64,000 nucleotides of DNA from Takakia lepidozioides (GCA_030704615.1 CM060731.1:59334001-59398000), one strand, 5' to 3'. Shown: positions 37,175 to 51,770, counted from the first letter of the stretch. Numbers and translations: made by a program. The notes: generated from the letters alone by a model not told the origin.

Positions 37175-37546
37175 GAGCACTTGCACACGCACCATGGTTC
37201 ATTCATGTCGCTCATCTTTCATCCAAAAGTCATCCAACATTCATCCATTCTTTTTTTCATTCATCTCAAAACCCTTCATCCGACAGCTTTTCATCGCACA
37301 TTCGTACCATATGGTCGTCACCCAGCAATGATTCTTCCGTCGGATGGGTTGGAGATTGCGTCCGTGCAGTGTAGTTTCTGTCCACGGCAATAGGCCATCT
37401 TCTTCCCTCGGTTGTAGGCTCCCATTCACTAATCTGCTCACGCTTACAATCTGCTCACGCTTAAGGGATTCTGATCACGTTTACCACTTAAAGCGTGAGC
37501 GTGCTCACGTGAACTTCTCACACGGTAGCTACCCTCCTCCAGAACC

Positions 37547-38220
37547 AGAGGAAGAAGGCCTGGTTTCAGAGCTTCACATGGAAGAGATATTGGGCACTTG
37601 TGTGTCGGATACAACTGAAGACCAACAACCACTACTTTGTGGTGGTTGACAATGAGGACGACCAAGTTCAACCCAATGACGTCGACGACGATGAAGAGGA
37701 GGCAATGGGGGTGAGTCAGGAGCCCATGGAGGTCGACGATGACTCCTCGCTGGTGGTAGGCCAACCATCCCTGCCAAGGCCAAGCTCAATCTCGCGTTTC
37801 CTTACGCTGCCAAAGGCACCTGCACATACAAACAGGAGGGTCAGATTGAATGCCAACGATCCCATCATAGACTATATCAAGTCAATAATCATGACCTTTG
37901 ATGTATATTTAGCATATTTGGAACAAAAAGCTAGACTAAAAGAGGAGGCCATTAAAGCTCGTGAGCGCAAGAAAGAGGAGGCCCTTGGAGCCAAAACCAA
38001 ACGTGCAGCAGAAAAAAAACATTGGAGCTGAGGCTAAGCGGGCCCGCGCTGAGGAACGTCATGCCAAGAAAGCCTTCGACATGTGCTGGTCAGCGAAGGT
38101 CTGTGTAGAGGCAAGGGATAAACTACATGCAGCCATAAAAAACAACATTCCATGGTTGTGGGAAGGAGGAGCAACATGGAGGGAGACTACCACGAAATGG
38201 CGGGAGGACAAGAGCTGTTG
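37547..38220 (+). pseudogene. pogo-like transposase, 3' part
   Basis: Continues the ORF after the E3 TSD; acidic tract, then IIDYIKSIIMT..YL and a K/E/R-rich coiled coil; frameshifted. Confidence 0.75.
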
Positions 38221-40643
38221 CCGGCCAATCGAGGAGATACCTGGGTGCACAAAATGACAGATCAGGGAAGGACCTGGTGTGAGCGACACCATGGGCAGAT
38301 TTATACTATCTATCCGCTTGCTCACATTTTCATTGAGACGAATTTGAGTTGGACACATTTTGGAGTTGAATTTGGGCTGACCGGGCCTCATTAATGTCAG
38401 ACACTTTAATTGGTTTCAACACCATAGGATACCTCTTTAGCTTTAGTGGGCCAGGCTTTGAGGTGTCTTTATGGGCTCTGATAGTTGGTCAATGGAGTTA
38501 AGTTTAGGTGCATAACTCGTGCAAGACATGCCACATACACAATCGTTTTTAGTATAAACTTTTGTCCTTTATAGCCCCCTCTAAGGCTGCTCAGATTTGG
38601 GATGATGTGTACGCGGACTTTGATAATTCATATTAATTAGCCAACTCATTCCAAAATTTTACAATTGATATCACAAACTCATTGTTGAATTGCTAATCTG
38701 CTCTTGTAATTTTGGTTGTTACTGCACCCTTTGAGTGGGCCCCATTGCTTAAATGCTCACATTTGGGTGTAACTACCTTAAGGACACGGTGGGGATGCTC
38801 TTAGACTGTACAAGAGAGCCAATAAAAGCCGGAGATGCAGTATAGCTTCAAGCTAGACCCACAACATGAGTCCGCGGACCACAAATAGGAGGCACTTGTC
38901 ACTAGAGGTGGCACGCACTAGAGGTGGCATGCACTTGCCACCTACCCAAAACGGGAGTAATCTTGGGCAAAGATTCACCCACGTCAGCCCTCTTATTTTT
39001 GGGGAAAAGCTGGATGAGAGGGAAGCATACTATTTTGGTTGAGGAATCATCCCCATCCAACCAAATCTCTGGATGTTGGAAGATTCTCCCAACGGTAGAG
39101 ATTAAGGGTAAAAATCTATGAACCCTCTCCAGACTCCAAACCCATATTTTAACTGAAGAGGCCAACTTCCAGGGACCTGGACGATAAGTCAAAACCCTTG
39201 TAACCACCCAACACCCTGCATACATGTAAGAAACAAGTCCTATTGGGGGGGGGGGGGCTTTCCTATTTTGGGGGGGGGGGTGCACCACTGTTGTGCGGGT
39301 ATATTGATTTCAATATACCCTCAGGATATAAGTAAATTATTTTTGGGTATTTAGAGGGGGGAATTTTGACTGGAATATACTGGGTTTGTTGATGTGGCTC
39401 AAATGGCTGTATGGGTGGCAGTCAGAGGTGGCAAAGGTAGCGCTGATAGCAGGAGCAGCTGGATCGGGGGCAGTGGCAGCAGGGCAGTGGTGGCAGGAGC
39501 CACACCTTGGGGCAGCACCGGCTTCAGGACTTGCTGCAACAGCGTTTGGAGCAATAGCAGCAGTGGGGCCAGAGCAAAATGTACCTGAAGCTGTGGGAGC
39601 GATGGGTGCGAAATTTTGAGGTCCTTACCTCATCTGATTTCTAGAAGCAGGCTAAGGTTCAGGCTGCACATCACTTTGCTCTTGTTGATCACAAGCCTCT
39701 CTTCCAAATAAAGTGTAGCTGGCAGGACATCCTCCCTTCACAAAGAATGGAAGTAAAACAAAGAATTTCTTTGTGGGAACAAGGGGGTTGGGATATTAGC
39801 GGCAGAAGTTTGCTTGCTGTGACAGCTGACGAGAATCCGGCTACAGGGTATACAACCGGTTCCCTATTACGACATCTCTAGTTTGTCTTTGGAGCCACAA
39901 ACAAATTACTTACAAGCAATGTTAGAGGGAAAAAAGAAAAAAAGAGTAGACCCGTCAGAACGCTCCACGCCGACTGTCCGCAAACGATATGGGACTAAAC
40001 TTTTGATGGTATTTTTCACCGAGCGTCCAGTTTCCAGTTACAATGCCTTCACAATCTGAAGAGCTACATCCTGGGGTCGAAAGTCTTACGCTGTGCTTGC
40101 GGTGCTCTGCTGCGGCTCTACGGTCGCCAGCCACGGCTCTGTGCTCGGCCTGCATGTCGGAGTCTATCGAAGGCAGAGGCTTTAGCCAAGCGAGCAGGTT
40201 CTCTTGTGTGGCCGGGGATGCTATCGGATTGTAGGAGCAGGTTCAGACAAGTGCAACCTGATTTTGTGACCTTAGCAAGTGGTCCATAGAGAAGTTGAGA
40301 GAGACAAGGAATTAGTTAGAGCCAGGGGGTGAAGGAAAGAAGGAAATGAAATGATACTCAATAATGTCCGCGAGAAGCTCACAGAGCTGATGGGACAAGA
40401 GGAGGAAATGAAATGATATGGTACTTCATAACGTCAAGAAACAAGAAAGAGAAGGGCAACATACAACCCAAAGGCAACTAAAACTCAAGGGATTGTCTCT
40501 GTGAGAGATTAATTATATGCCGAATAGACAGTTGAATCTCCCACCGAAAGAGCAGGAAAGAAAAGGAAAAAGGAAGAACTAAGAAATCAGGGACATCCTT
40601 CCTGGAACAGTAGACAAAGGCAGCAGGAATAATGAACATGACA

Positions 40644-43600
40644 GCCTTTCCAACGTTATCAGCCCAAGAAAATGCCCCATCAATCCTTGCAACACACCTA
40701 CTCTCCAATTTGAACCCTGAACCTTTACTCTCCTAATCACAAACCAACCTGTGTAGGCATGCATATCATGTATGCCATGCTACATAACATGCCATGGTGG
40801 CTTTGAGCATCACGAACCCTAGAAACCCTCACTACTTAAACGCTTGAACCTCCATCATTGCGCACAGAGAGCACTTCCCGATCTTTGGTTTGTCGTTCCT
40901 CACCTCCCAGTGCGCGGCCCTCATCAGAAGAGAGACAGAGAAAGGTAGATAGGAGAGATATCCTTGTTGGTTTGTAATATGTGCAACAGACTGCTCATAT
41001 TTGTGACATGTCGGGCTGGTCATTGAAGTGGTTATTGGAGTGTGAACGAGGAAGAGAAGAGTGGACGAAGATGATGGTGACGGCGACGGTCCTTCCAGAA
41101 CCTGATCAGACTACCACCCTTAGTTGTGCAATGCTGAGCCAGGGAAGATCTGGATTGGGAAGATCTAGTTTATAGACGTTTGTAGAATGTTCCTGTTCTT
41201 CGACTTGTAGCTCCACTCATGAAGGTGACCTCTGTAGTTCCCTCTATAGTTCGGTTTCGTTCCATATTCTGGACTGCTTGCTCGAGTGTGTGCGAAACGG
41301 CATGGATTGAGGATTCGGCGTCCATTCTGAATCCGGTAGTTGTTCCACTTTTGGGTTAATGGATTGACTATCCCATTATAGTACTCGCCAGTGCCACTGG
41401 AGTATATATTGGATAGTCAATCGATAACCCAAAAGTGGAGTCATTATTGGATAGTCAATCGGATGACCCAAACGTGGAGTCACGGCCATCCAGGCGGCCC
41501 GTATTGTGCAAGTTCGGCATGGGACTACAGTCTCGCCGTTTGTTCGCTTCCCACAGGGCGAAGAACAGGGGAGAATGCATCCAAACCACATTTCGTGAAT
41601 GTATCCTTTTGAGTCCTTTGAGTCCTCGCAATGTCTGTGGAAAGGTGAATGATCAGTTCCTGCTCCTCGAATAACCTCTCCACAGACATCGCTAGGACTC
41701 AAAGAACTCAACGTTCAGTAATTTTTTCACCTATACAGGTCCACACAGAAGGCGAATCTAAACTGAGAGGAGCTACCCCGCAAGCGCTAACGAGCTTTCT
41801 GCCCTGTCAGCCATGCGGATTTCTATGTTCTGATAGCTCCAGGCGCAAAGCTCTCCATTTTCATTTCTAGTTCTCTAGTTCCCCCCTGTTCTTTCTTGAG
41901 ATGCTTTGGCTCTAGCTCTGTTATATTGAGCCGGTGGCTCCTGGTGTTCTTATCTCAGTCCTAGAAGGCTGATAGCTTCTCCTAGCTTTAGTACTCAGCT
42001 GTTTTCATAGCCAAGGTTCATAGCTGGCTGTTATATGTGAACCTGTTGGCAGTAGTAGCCTGCTGAAGTTGGGTCTACCCAAACATTTTTTTTATGACTG
42101 CCTCATGGTCTCATGTTATGGTGAATTTTTCCATAACCTCTATCGATTGCGTTTTGAAGGACTTTGCCCCTTTCCTGTGAAAAGTAAAACAGCATGAATG
42201 CATTGACCAGTTACTGACCTCCAATTTTCACTGTCACCACTGCCTCCATCCACCACCTCCTTTTTGACGAGCTGATGGCCCAGACCCATGAGCTCCCGAC
42301 TGCATTGCTGGACTAAATTCGTTTCAACACATCATAGACGTTTTATGGATAGAAAAATGTTTGACCACAGGGTCTCTCCCACAATACATCCCTCATGTCT
42401 GACAGTTATGTCTTCCATACACTAAAGGTCTGACCTCTTTAAAGACATGAGATTATCGCCAGGACCTTCCTTAACACTGTGAGTGAACATGCAGAATGCA
42501 TCAGAATAGGCAAAACCGCATGTACAGTGAATACCAAGTATGGAAGAAGTGCCAGAGAGCGAAAGCAAAAATCAGAATGAACTAGACAAACTAGGGACAA
42601 CTAGCCAAACAATGGAATCAGCTATGTGGAAAATTGCTAATTACCAGTAGAACGTCAGATCAAAGATCACACAAAGTGATGGAGGGAGACAACAACTAAG
42701 TTTGAACAGTGCTGATCTAGTTGCAGGGATGAAGTAGACCGATAAATTGATCAACCAAGTGCTTGCAAATACTGTGCATCTGGTAGAAGCAATAGCAACA
42801 AATAGAATGAATTCATGTAATGGATCTCGACCGAAAATGAAGAGAACGAAGACGGCCTGTGCGTACAAGTGATAAAACTGGAACCGGAACGTTGGGAAAG
42901 AAGCCTGCAACCGGAACTGGATCAACCGTTAGGAAGAATAACCACGCCAGAGTTGGGACGATGTGATGACGAGAGATTGAAGAAGCCTAAGGGCGCAGAG
43001 AGACAGGTGATGCTTAATTCTCACATTTCAGCGGAGTCGATGCGGTGTGATCGGCGGTTTTGCAGACAACTGGGATGGGGTAGAGAGCTCAGCGATTTTG
43101 CCGAGAAGCCTCCATCCCGCGCAATGGCTGCAATGTGGGATAATGATTATCGATGTCCCGTTTCACAAGCCTAAGCATGCAAAGACGATGCGTTCAGCGG
43201 AAGAGCCTGAATCTACGCAGGAAAGCCCAAGCCAAGGGGAAGGCCAGCTTGCAAGGTGATCCATGGCGAAAAAGCCGAACATGCAACATTCGCAGATCGC
43301 ACTCCTTCGCTTCAGCCGCCGCTGCTTCCTCATCACCCCGCCCATCGCTTTGCAATTCCGCTCTGCGTGTATCACAGCGCTCTCAACTCTCAACTCCCCT
43401 CTGCGATGAGCCTTCACTTAGCCGCTGCCCTCCAGGCTCACCTGCACACCCATTTATGTACTGCCCGTTTACGTACTCTAGGGTTTTACTTGCAATTCAG
43501 TCCACAATCATCACACTGCCTTCACAACTTGATAATCACCATTTTCAGTTACAGTAAGTGAAGTTGTATTTGTTGTTCGGTTGGGGAGCCCGTTTAGTGC

Positions 43601-44307
43601 CATGGCATCCGCTAAACTGTTAGTCATGCAACTTCCATGTCACTCCACGTCGCTCCTTCAACTTCCATGTCACTCCCAATCTCAATTTTAATTTTACTGC
43701 ACTCGGTTTGAACTTTGGCATTGTGTTGCTGATACACAAAATGTGTGTAACTGCCACGTGTGTGGGCCCAGCGCAGCCGTGCAGTGATGACTCTGATGAG
43801 TGAGACCGACATTGATACTTGTGGCAGGCAATGTACTCGTGTTTATGGCACATTTAGGGCGCACCTGCAAAGGCTCCAGGTGGGGGTAAAAGGACGGCAC
43901 GTGCCGTGGTACATTCCAGGATTTGAGTCTGGCATCACTTAAGTACCTGACAGTTAATGGTAGCCAGAATTTGAACCCAGAACCACCCAGGTGGATTGCA
44001 GTGGCCGGCCAACAAACAAAGTACTTGTCAGGGTGGTGGTGTCTGGAGTGTGCCGCACGTGCCACCTCCGTACCGACTTAACACACGTCTTTGTCGCTTG
44101 GACGATGGGTGTGATGGCAGAGAGACAGCGTGGATGGATGAAATATCAACATCCATCCACCCACCATCACCATCACTCTGCCCACCGTGTTGTTGACAAC
44201 CAAGTATCTAACCAACTTATGGCTCTGTGTGATAGAAACACGCAATGGAGATTCCAAGTGACATTATTTTTGGCTGTTAGTTATGGCAAGCCCACCGTAG
44301 CATTCAA
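40644..44307 (+). repeat. Segmental duplication unit, copy B (partial)
   Basis: Colinear with 2170-5455, with about 340 bp extra near 41235-41575. Confidence 0.9.
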
Positions 44308-44340
44308 TTTTTTTCTTTATTTCAATAAACGAAACACCTA

Positions 44341-44550
44341 GGAGCGACAGCTCGCAAATCAGGCCCCTTCATTATACTGTAGTGAGAGGAAAAAATAACC
44401 TCTTCTCGAGTAAACTTGCCGTGAAGGCTTTGGCATGGGGCACCCAAGGGAAGGGGGAGAAGAACAACACACAGCCATCAAGGTATGTAGCAAGATTTGA
44501 CCCCAGAATCATCTGGGTGTCACTGATTGCACTATCCAAGTGAGCTACGA
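44341..44550 (-). mobile_element. tRNA-derived SINE
   Basis: Reverse strand has an A-box-like TAGCTCACTTGG, a B-box-like GGGTCAAATCT and a tail ..GCTGTCGCTCC. Confidence 0.7.
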
Positions 44551-47500
44551 ACTATTGGTACATTCAACTTAGGTGAGCGCAACCCTTACTCAAGTCCGAC
44601 GTCTTTTTGTGTATTCCCATTCGCCAAGCATTAGATGGGGCCCTGGAGTTGAATGCGAGGGAGCTGGTTCAGCCAGCGTGGACCCCCGCCACCCCACGGC
44701 CACCCCCCCTCCGACGCCCGCACACAGCGCGCGACTGCAGCCGCGCGGCACACCCTCCCGTGCCTCATGTCCCGCTGCCAGGACATGAGACGTGCCCTCT
44801 CCCGCATCCCCCATCCCTCCTCCCATCCTGCCCTCATGCATGGCATCGCCCTCCATCCCCCATACATGCCTTCATCCTCCCCGGGCATGCCATTGGAGAA
44901 TACACGTACCAGCTCTCGCTTTCGTTGCTATTGTTGGCATTGGTGTACCGCGTCCCGTCATGCACGTCGATTTTGTGGACAGCACTGGGCAATCCTGCTA
45001 CGATGCAGGATATGGTCGCCGTGTTCAGAGGTTGCAACGCTTGCGCTTCAAACGTTTCTTGCGTGCAGGTCCTTATTATCGCTCCAAAAACAATCAACTT
45101 TGTCCGTTTGTCTTCTCCGGATTTTCATTCTGCTCTTCCTCCAGGTTATACTTTGCGGGTGAGTGAGTTCTGCAATGAGCATCCGAAACCTAATCGTTCT
45201 TTGTTGGTTCTTTCACATATATTGAATGCATAGGTTCACAAATCTGCATATTGTGACTCGGGTCTCATTTTCTCACTACAATAGTTAGCAAAGTGCAGAA
45301 GTGGGCCTGTTTTGCTAGTTTTGGGCACTTCATGCAAGCTTTTACATGTAACTGAGGTGAAGAGTGGGTTTCATATGGAGCTGAGGTGTAGAGTTTGTTA
45401 CTTTGCTGATACTTTCGGGACCTGGGGATACTGGTAAGGCATAAAGCTGCTGACTTTGCAATTTTTGATGTTGTATTACAAGAATTGAAGGTGACCTCGG
45501 GCATCACTTTCCATAATCAATGGCTCACTCCAGGGACGTGCACATATGTTCTATCGTTTTGTTTTCCTTCCAGAATAACTTAGATCACTACTCTGGTCCA
45601 TGATCACTCTCCATATTGACATATTTCATATTATCTGTAGTCCATTCATGATGTTTTGGGGTTTAGGGTTTAGGATAAATGACATGCACACCATTGTTAG
45701 AGGTTTAGGATTGGGTTCAGTTGCAACTATGCATGCAATTACTGTTCGCATCATTTATACCTTGTTGAGGATTTATGCTAGGCATTGGCTGTGTAGGTTT
45801 TCACGCTGCTACAAGTGCTGGCAGACGCAGCAATCACGATGAAGGAAAGCAAAATGATAGAGAACCGGAGGGAATACCGCGAGGCATATGATATTGATGA
45901 AGATGAGTCCCTCATATGCGAGGCCTACACGAGAGCAAGGGTCCATGAACTTGGTGTGTCAAAGCTGAAAAACTCTGTTAAACTCTCTTATAGAAGATGA
46001 TTCAAACATGTAAAGCTGAAAAACTGGCTGCAATTTTTAAAAAGCTGCCAGAAGGTATTAACCACTTGCTTCAGCTTCCTGTGAATCATTGGCAAAAGAA
46101 AGACAACCCCAGAGACAACAAATGATCTGTTCATACAAACTATGTGCACTCCCATTCTTAATTAAATGTACAATTGATTTGTGTCTCCATACGCACCATT
46201 TCCATTATGTGTTCTTTTGAACTCCATCTCATTGATTAGGCACCTATGGTCATCCACTGTCTCTCACAATCCTCCAAAGGTGTATGCTCTCTGGCAGCCA
46301 GCCCATGGAGGTCATTGCAAGAAAATTTGGTGATGGCATTGCTGATGTAATTCCAGGTCGAGCCCCATGGTCACCAGGGACCAAGGGACTAGTAAGCCTT
46401 ACAGACCAACGCAGATAACTGATTTATGTATCACAGCAATTTCCCTGCCAACTACTATAAATCCATGTTATAGATACCAACTCATTTTGAACTCTTTGAG
46501 CCATCGTTGGTGGCCTTTGGAACCAACAGTGATAGTGCATGGTGACTTGCCTCATGCCCAGAACGTGAGTGGCAACAAGAGGTCAAAGCACGATCTTTTT
46601 CATCAAGCCAATGCTTGGACCCTTCAACCCCAGTAACAAACCAGCCCAAGGTAGGGCCAGATGGTTTCAATCACATGTATGTTGGTTGTAGGTTTGGTAC
46701 TCATTTGGGGTTCCAAAATGGGATGAGATTTACCAATAGGGGAGCTTCCTGAAACTGCTTGAAGACATTGGCTATTGGCATGGTGGTCATCCATGACCCA
46801 TTCCCACCAATGTTTGCTAGTGCATTCTCCCTGGAATCTGGCCACATATTCCCCACGTTTCCTGCAACTATCTCATGTGAGACATGAAGTCGTGAATTCT
46901 GCATAGGACTTTCATGGAGGGGATCTCGGTCTGGTGAGAGTTGTGACGTTTGCTGCTTGGATGTCCCCAATACTCTTCCTCTGTTTGTGGGTCATCACCT
47001 CTTCCGTGCTTCTCCGGCTGCAATGAAAGTGTCTGAGACTTTCAAAGGGGATATCTACATAGTGCACACGAATACTTCTCTTGGCCTATCTGTTCAATAA
47101 ATTTTTGTCCAACAACATTTCCACAGCTAATCCAACATCCATTGCCTCACCCACAAACCATAGTTTTTGGTACGATGGAACATCCCGTGATATGCGACAG
47201 CAGAAACAAGCAAGGTGGATTTTGAAGAGAGAAATGAATTTACAGAGTACTTGAGCTCTCATATACATATACTCATCCCCAGTTATTGGACATGCTTGAC
47301 AGCAATGTGGTACAGAGCTTCCAAGTGATAGGGGACAAGATTCAAGTTGTCTAATTCCATGGCTATGAAGAGATCAGAACCTTGGATTTCGACTACTTCA
47401 TTCTTACTGCAAATAGTACATTACCCATGTATTGGGCATATCAAAACCAATTCCGGGCTGGGCATTGCTCTACATGACACTTATCATTTCCAGCAAGTCC

Positions 47501-48229
47501 TTTCAATGAACCTATAAAACAAACAGCAAACGCAACATGGGATGCAAAGAACAATATTTCAATTCTATCAGACAACTCATCTTGGAAATGAAGAGCACAG
47601 TCTGCACACGACATTCACAAGTCAACATGAGTGTACAGGCACTATATGCACATATGCACTCATACTTTTTGTGTGTATTTTCATTCATAGTATGATAACT
47701 TCTAATCTTCATTCATTCCCAATATACATTATGTACGGTTCATTCATCCCAAAGTTGTAGTGGCTCTCCAACTTGTATGTAAAAGCAATCATGCATGCAT
47801 CCATTCCATGATTTTATCAGATGACAATCGCAGGCTCTAGAGCAGCAGTCCATGAGACTGTTGCATGCCAGTCGAAGCCATGAGCAGCCCCACGTATATT
47901 GTTCTTAGGCATCTTCACATCCTTATGAGGATGGAATTCCATAAGTGGCTCTCTCAGGTAGTGACAAAGACATTGTATGCATATCATGAACCCAAGCATA
48001 ATATCTCAGTGGAAGAGAGGAAAACCAGACATGCTACCTTTTGGTCAAATAATTCACTCGAAAACCTTTTATGGGTGCATGATCCCGCCAAAAAAATAGA
48101 TTTAATGTGTCAGTTGAGCCAGTGCAACAAGTCAAAGTTGAGTCCATTACCATCTCTCCCTCCCACATTGAACAATGGGGGTTGACAATCGTACATCCAC
48201 CTACTATAAGGATGGGTATCTAAAATAGC

Positions 48230-50830
48230 TCTGCCCTTGAAACAAATGTGTGTACCCTATGATTGACCTCAATCCAGCTTTTCCCGGCTTATTTCTCACA
48301 CCACTCTCCTCCATTGCTTTTCTCACCTTGGCTACATCACCCCATCTTCCAGCCATAGAATAGACATTTGAAAGCAGCACATACAGTGCAGCATTGTCCG
48401 GTTCTAACTTGAACATGTGACGTGCAGCTTGTTCTGCTAGCGCCACATGGCCATGGATTCTGCAGGTGCCAAGCAAGCCCCCCACACTGAAGCACTAGGG
48501 TTGATTGGCATGTTGCTGATAAAGTCCTCTGCTTCATCCAAAGGCCCTGCACGGCCAAGAAGGTCAACCATGCAGCCATAGTTAACTCTGTTGGTGTGAT
48601 ACCATGAACTTAATTCATAGAAGGGAAATGACAGCCCTCATCTAGTAGGCCCGCATGACTGCATGCAGAGAGGACTCCAATAAAAGTGACGTTGGTTAGT
48701 TTCACCCCTTCCTGTTGCATCCCTTCAAAGAGTTTTATTGCCTCAGTACCGAAACCATGTTGGGCATATCCTACAATCATAGCATTCCATGACACTGTGT
48801 TCTTACCCACTGAGACATTTGACTCAAATCCAGAATTGATCACCATGTGGTCACGAATCTTCCTCCCTTCATGCAAGACTGCTAACTTGGAGCATGCGCT
48901 AAGGATACTAATGACAGTGATCTGGTCAGACTTACACCTTCTCGTTGCATGTGCCAATAGAAATCAAATGTTTGCGCACCACGTCCTTACTGAGATGACC
49001 CTGAAATGATCACACACCATGAGAACACATCTCGTTCGGGCATTTTGTCAAACATTTGGCATGCATTCATAAAACCCCTGCACTTGCAATATATGGTGAC
49101 AAGGGCATTGGCCACCTGGCCAACCGACTCAAGTCCAACCTCAACTATGTTCGCATGAAGCCACTTGCCCTGTTCCAAGGCTAGTGGGCTGGCACATGAA
49201 TTGAGGATGCTCAAATAGGTGATCTCATTTGGCTTCAAGCCTTCTTGTTGCATTCGCTGCCAAAATTCAGTTGCCTTTTGGAATTGCCCTTACTGAGTTA
49301 ATCTTGCGCATCCCTACCACATCCATGCTGAGCATATCCGGCTATCATCGCACTACATGACGTCACATTTCGTTCAGCCATACTGTCAAACACTTGACGT
49401 GCATCCGCTATGCTCCCAGACTTCGCATACATGTCAACAAGGGCATTCTCCAGGATGGTATCTGCCACAATGCCCACCTTGCTGATGTCAGCATGGACCT
49501 CTCTTCCCTTTTCCAAGGTTGCAAGGCTGGCACATGCATTGAGAATGCAACTCACTCCTTCCTGCAGCATTTGCTCATAGATCTCCAAGGCCTCGCTACT
49601 ACACCCATGCTGTGCAAATCCTGAAGTCATGGCGTTCCATGACACCACATCTCTTTGCGCCATACTGTCAAACACTAGACGTGCATCCTTTATACTCCCA
49701 CATTTGGCATACATATTAACCAGGGCAGTCTCTAGAATGGAATCTAGCCCAATTCCAGCTTTCATGATGTCAACATGCACCTCTTTGCTCTTTTCCAGGT
49801 ATCCCAGACTGGCACAGGCATTGAGAATGCAAGTGAATGTGACCCTATCATGCATCACCCCTTCCCATATCATTTGCTCATAGATCTCAAATGCCTCCCT
49901 ACCATATCCATGTTGAGCATATCCTGCTTCATTGCACTCCCTGACACCACATTTTGCTGAGCCATACTGTTAAATACTTGGCGTGCATCATTCATACTCC
50001 CACATTTGGCATACATGTCAACAAAGGCGCTCTCCAGAATAATATCTGGAAGAATTCTGGCCTTATCAACACCAACATGAACCTCTTTGCAATTTTCCAG
50101 GGCTGCCAGACTGGCACATGCATTGAGAGCACAAATGTATGTGACTCTGTCAGGTTTCACCCCTTCCCATCTCATTTTCTCATACATCTCCAAAGCAGCC
50201 TTACCAGACCCATGCTGGGCATATCCTGAGACCATGTCATTCCATGAGACCACATCTCTTTGAGCCATTTTGTCAAACATTTTCCGAGCAGTCTTCAAGC
50301 TCCCACATTTGGCATACATGTTCGCCAAGGCAGTCTCCAGAATGATATATGGTCCAATCCCAACTTTGATGATGTCAGCATATCACCGCATCAATCTTAT
50401 ATCTAATGGCCAGTAGTGGGAACTTTTACTTCTCTTCCTTTGTCGATAATCTCGTGGAGATTCTTGTGGGCGTTTTGAAGTTTCCATCAGATCACATCTT
50501 GCCTGGGCATTTTGTCAAACACTTGGCTTGCACCCACCACATCCCCACACTTGTAGTACATGCTAACAAGGGCAGTGCCCATAAGGAGATCTGACTCAAA
50601 TCCAGCCTTGATGATGCTCGCATGGAGATGCTTGCTCTGTTCCACAGCTGCTGGGCTGCCACAAGCTTTGATGATGTTCATAAAGGTGACCTTGTTGGGC
50701 TTCACGCGTGTTTGTTGCATTCGTTGAAGGTATTCAATTGCCTCTCCGCTATGCCCTTCATTAGCTAGTCCTGCAATCATCACAGTCCATGAAATCACAT
50801 TTTGTGTATGCATATTGTCAAAAACTTGGG
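48230..50830 (-). pseudogene. PLS-class PPR gene with E1/E2 domains, frameshifted
   Basis: Many P-L-S triplets (50487..50939, 49870..50328, 49298..49873, 48987..49253, 48610..48957) ending in [45 protein letters not shown]...KPG; no DYW domain seen. Confidence 0.93.
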
Positions 50831-51026
50831 AGTCCAGCTCCCTCGCATTCAACTCCAGGGCCCATCTAATGCTTGGCTTCCCATTCCCCCCCAAAATGGC
50901 ATGTTTCATCTCTTGCAAGCCTGAACTCTCAAGGAACACCCTAAATCTTAAACCACTCTAACCCTAAATGCCCAATTAGGTTTTTCATCTCACTTGGTTA
51001 GAAGGTTACTGCCGCCATCGTGCCTA

Positions 51027-51770
51027 CCGTCCCTGGACAACCGTTTAGGCATTTTTGTGCCTAATAATAAAATCAATCAATCAGAAAATTAGGCATGTTT
51101 TGAAAACAATTTCTCAAATTAGGCACTTCATGCTATAATTTTTTAGAATTAGGCACATGAGAAGAGAGAACATTTATTTTCTTAAGAATAAAATTACAAA
51201 ATAGACACCCAATGCCCATGGCCCCTTCCAGGCTCCAGCTACCTTTTATTTCCTTTGAAACCCTAAAAATGCCCGTCTTTGTTGTACGCGGTGCTCCAAG
51301 GCTCAAGCTGGTAGAGGCAAGCTCTCCCTTTGCTCTCATACTGTAGGTGAGTTCAATATTGATAGTCCACACTAGTGTAGGCAAGTTGGTACAGGGCTTT
51401 GGTACATTGGTCATTGGGTAGGCACGTTGGTTCAGGGCTTTGATACATTGGTCATTGGATACACTGGTTTTGGTATGCTGGTGCACGGTGAAACCTCTTA
51501 CATAATGGTACTCTTGAGTTGTGGTAGGCTGGTAGGCTAGTTATTTCCGCACGCATATATTTGTATTGATTTTTGTTCAAGGAAATTTTGATCTTATTAC
51601 AAACTTGAACATGAGAAGAGGCTTGCAAGTTTTCTGGTGGAATGTTTGGGAATTAAGCACTTTAGTCCTATAATTTCCCAACAATTAGGCCAAAATCTGA
51701 AAAATTCACAAAATTGATTAGGCACTTTCATTTTGAATTAATTATCGCCTAAACGGTTGTCCAGGGACAG
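51027..51770. mobile_element. Tc1/mariner-type MITE
   Basis: 24-bp TIR CCGTCCCTGGACAACCGTTTAGGC / GCCTAAACGGTTGTCCAGGGACAG (1 mismatch), TA on both sides. Confidence 0.88.

Larger units (their letters stand above)
31262..37536 (-). mobile_element. Non-autonomous Mutator-like element E3 (about 1.8 kb without E2), opposite orientation to E1
   Basis: 10-bp TSD CTCCAGAACC at 31252-31261 and 37537-37546; ends AGGGGATGCTA... and ...GGTAGCTACCCTC are the reverse complements of the E1/E2 ends; removing it rejoins the pogo ORF (..PTTPEP|EEEG..). Confidence 0.88.
17502..38778 (+). mobile_element. pogo/Fot1-like (Tc1/mariner superfamily) DNA transposon, about 3.3 kb once nested insertions are removed
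   Basis: 25-bp TIR AGGTAGTTACACCCAAATATGAGCA (17502-17526) / TGCTCACATTTGGGTGTAACTACCT (38754-38778), 1 mismatch; TA on both outer sides; DDE_1 transposase inside. Confidence 0.9.

Noticed and set aside
17499-38781. piggyBac or Kolobok element (TTAA at both ends)
   Set aside because: The enclosed transposase is HTH plus DDE_1 pogo-type; TA TSD with an A-initial TIR explains the TTAA
44573-46060. Possible spliced gene (GC-rich ORFs, GTGAGT at 45159)
   Set aside because: No recognisable domain and no consistent exon chain could be built
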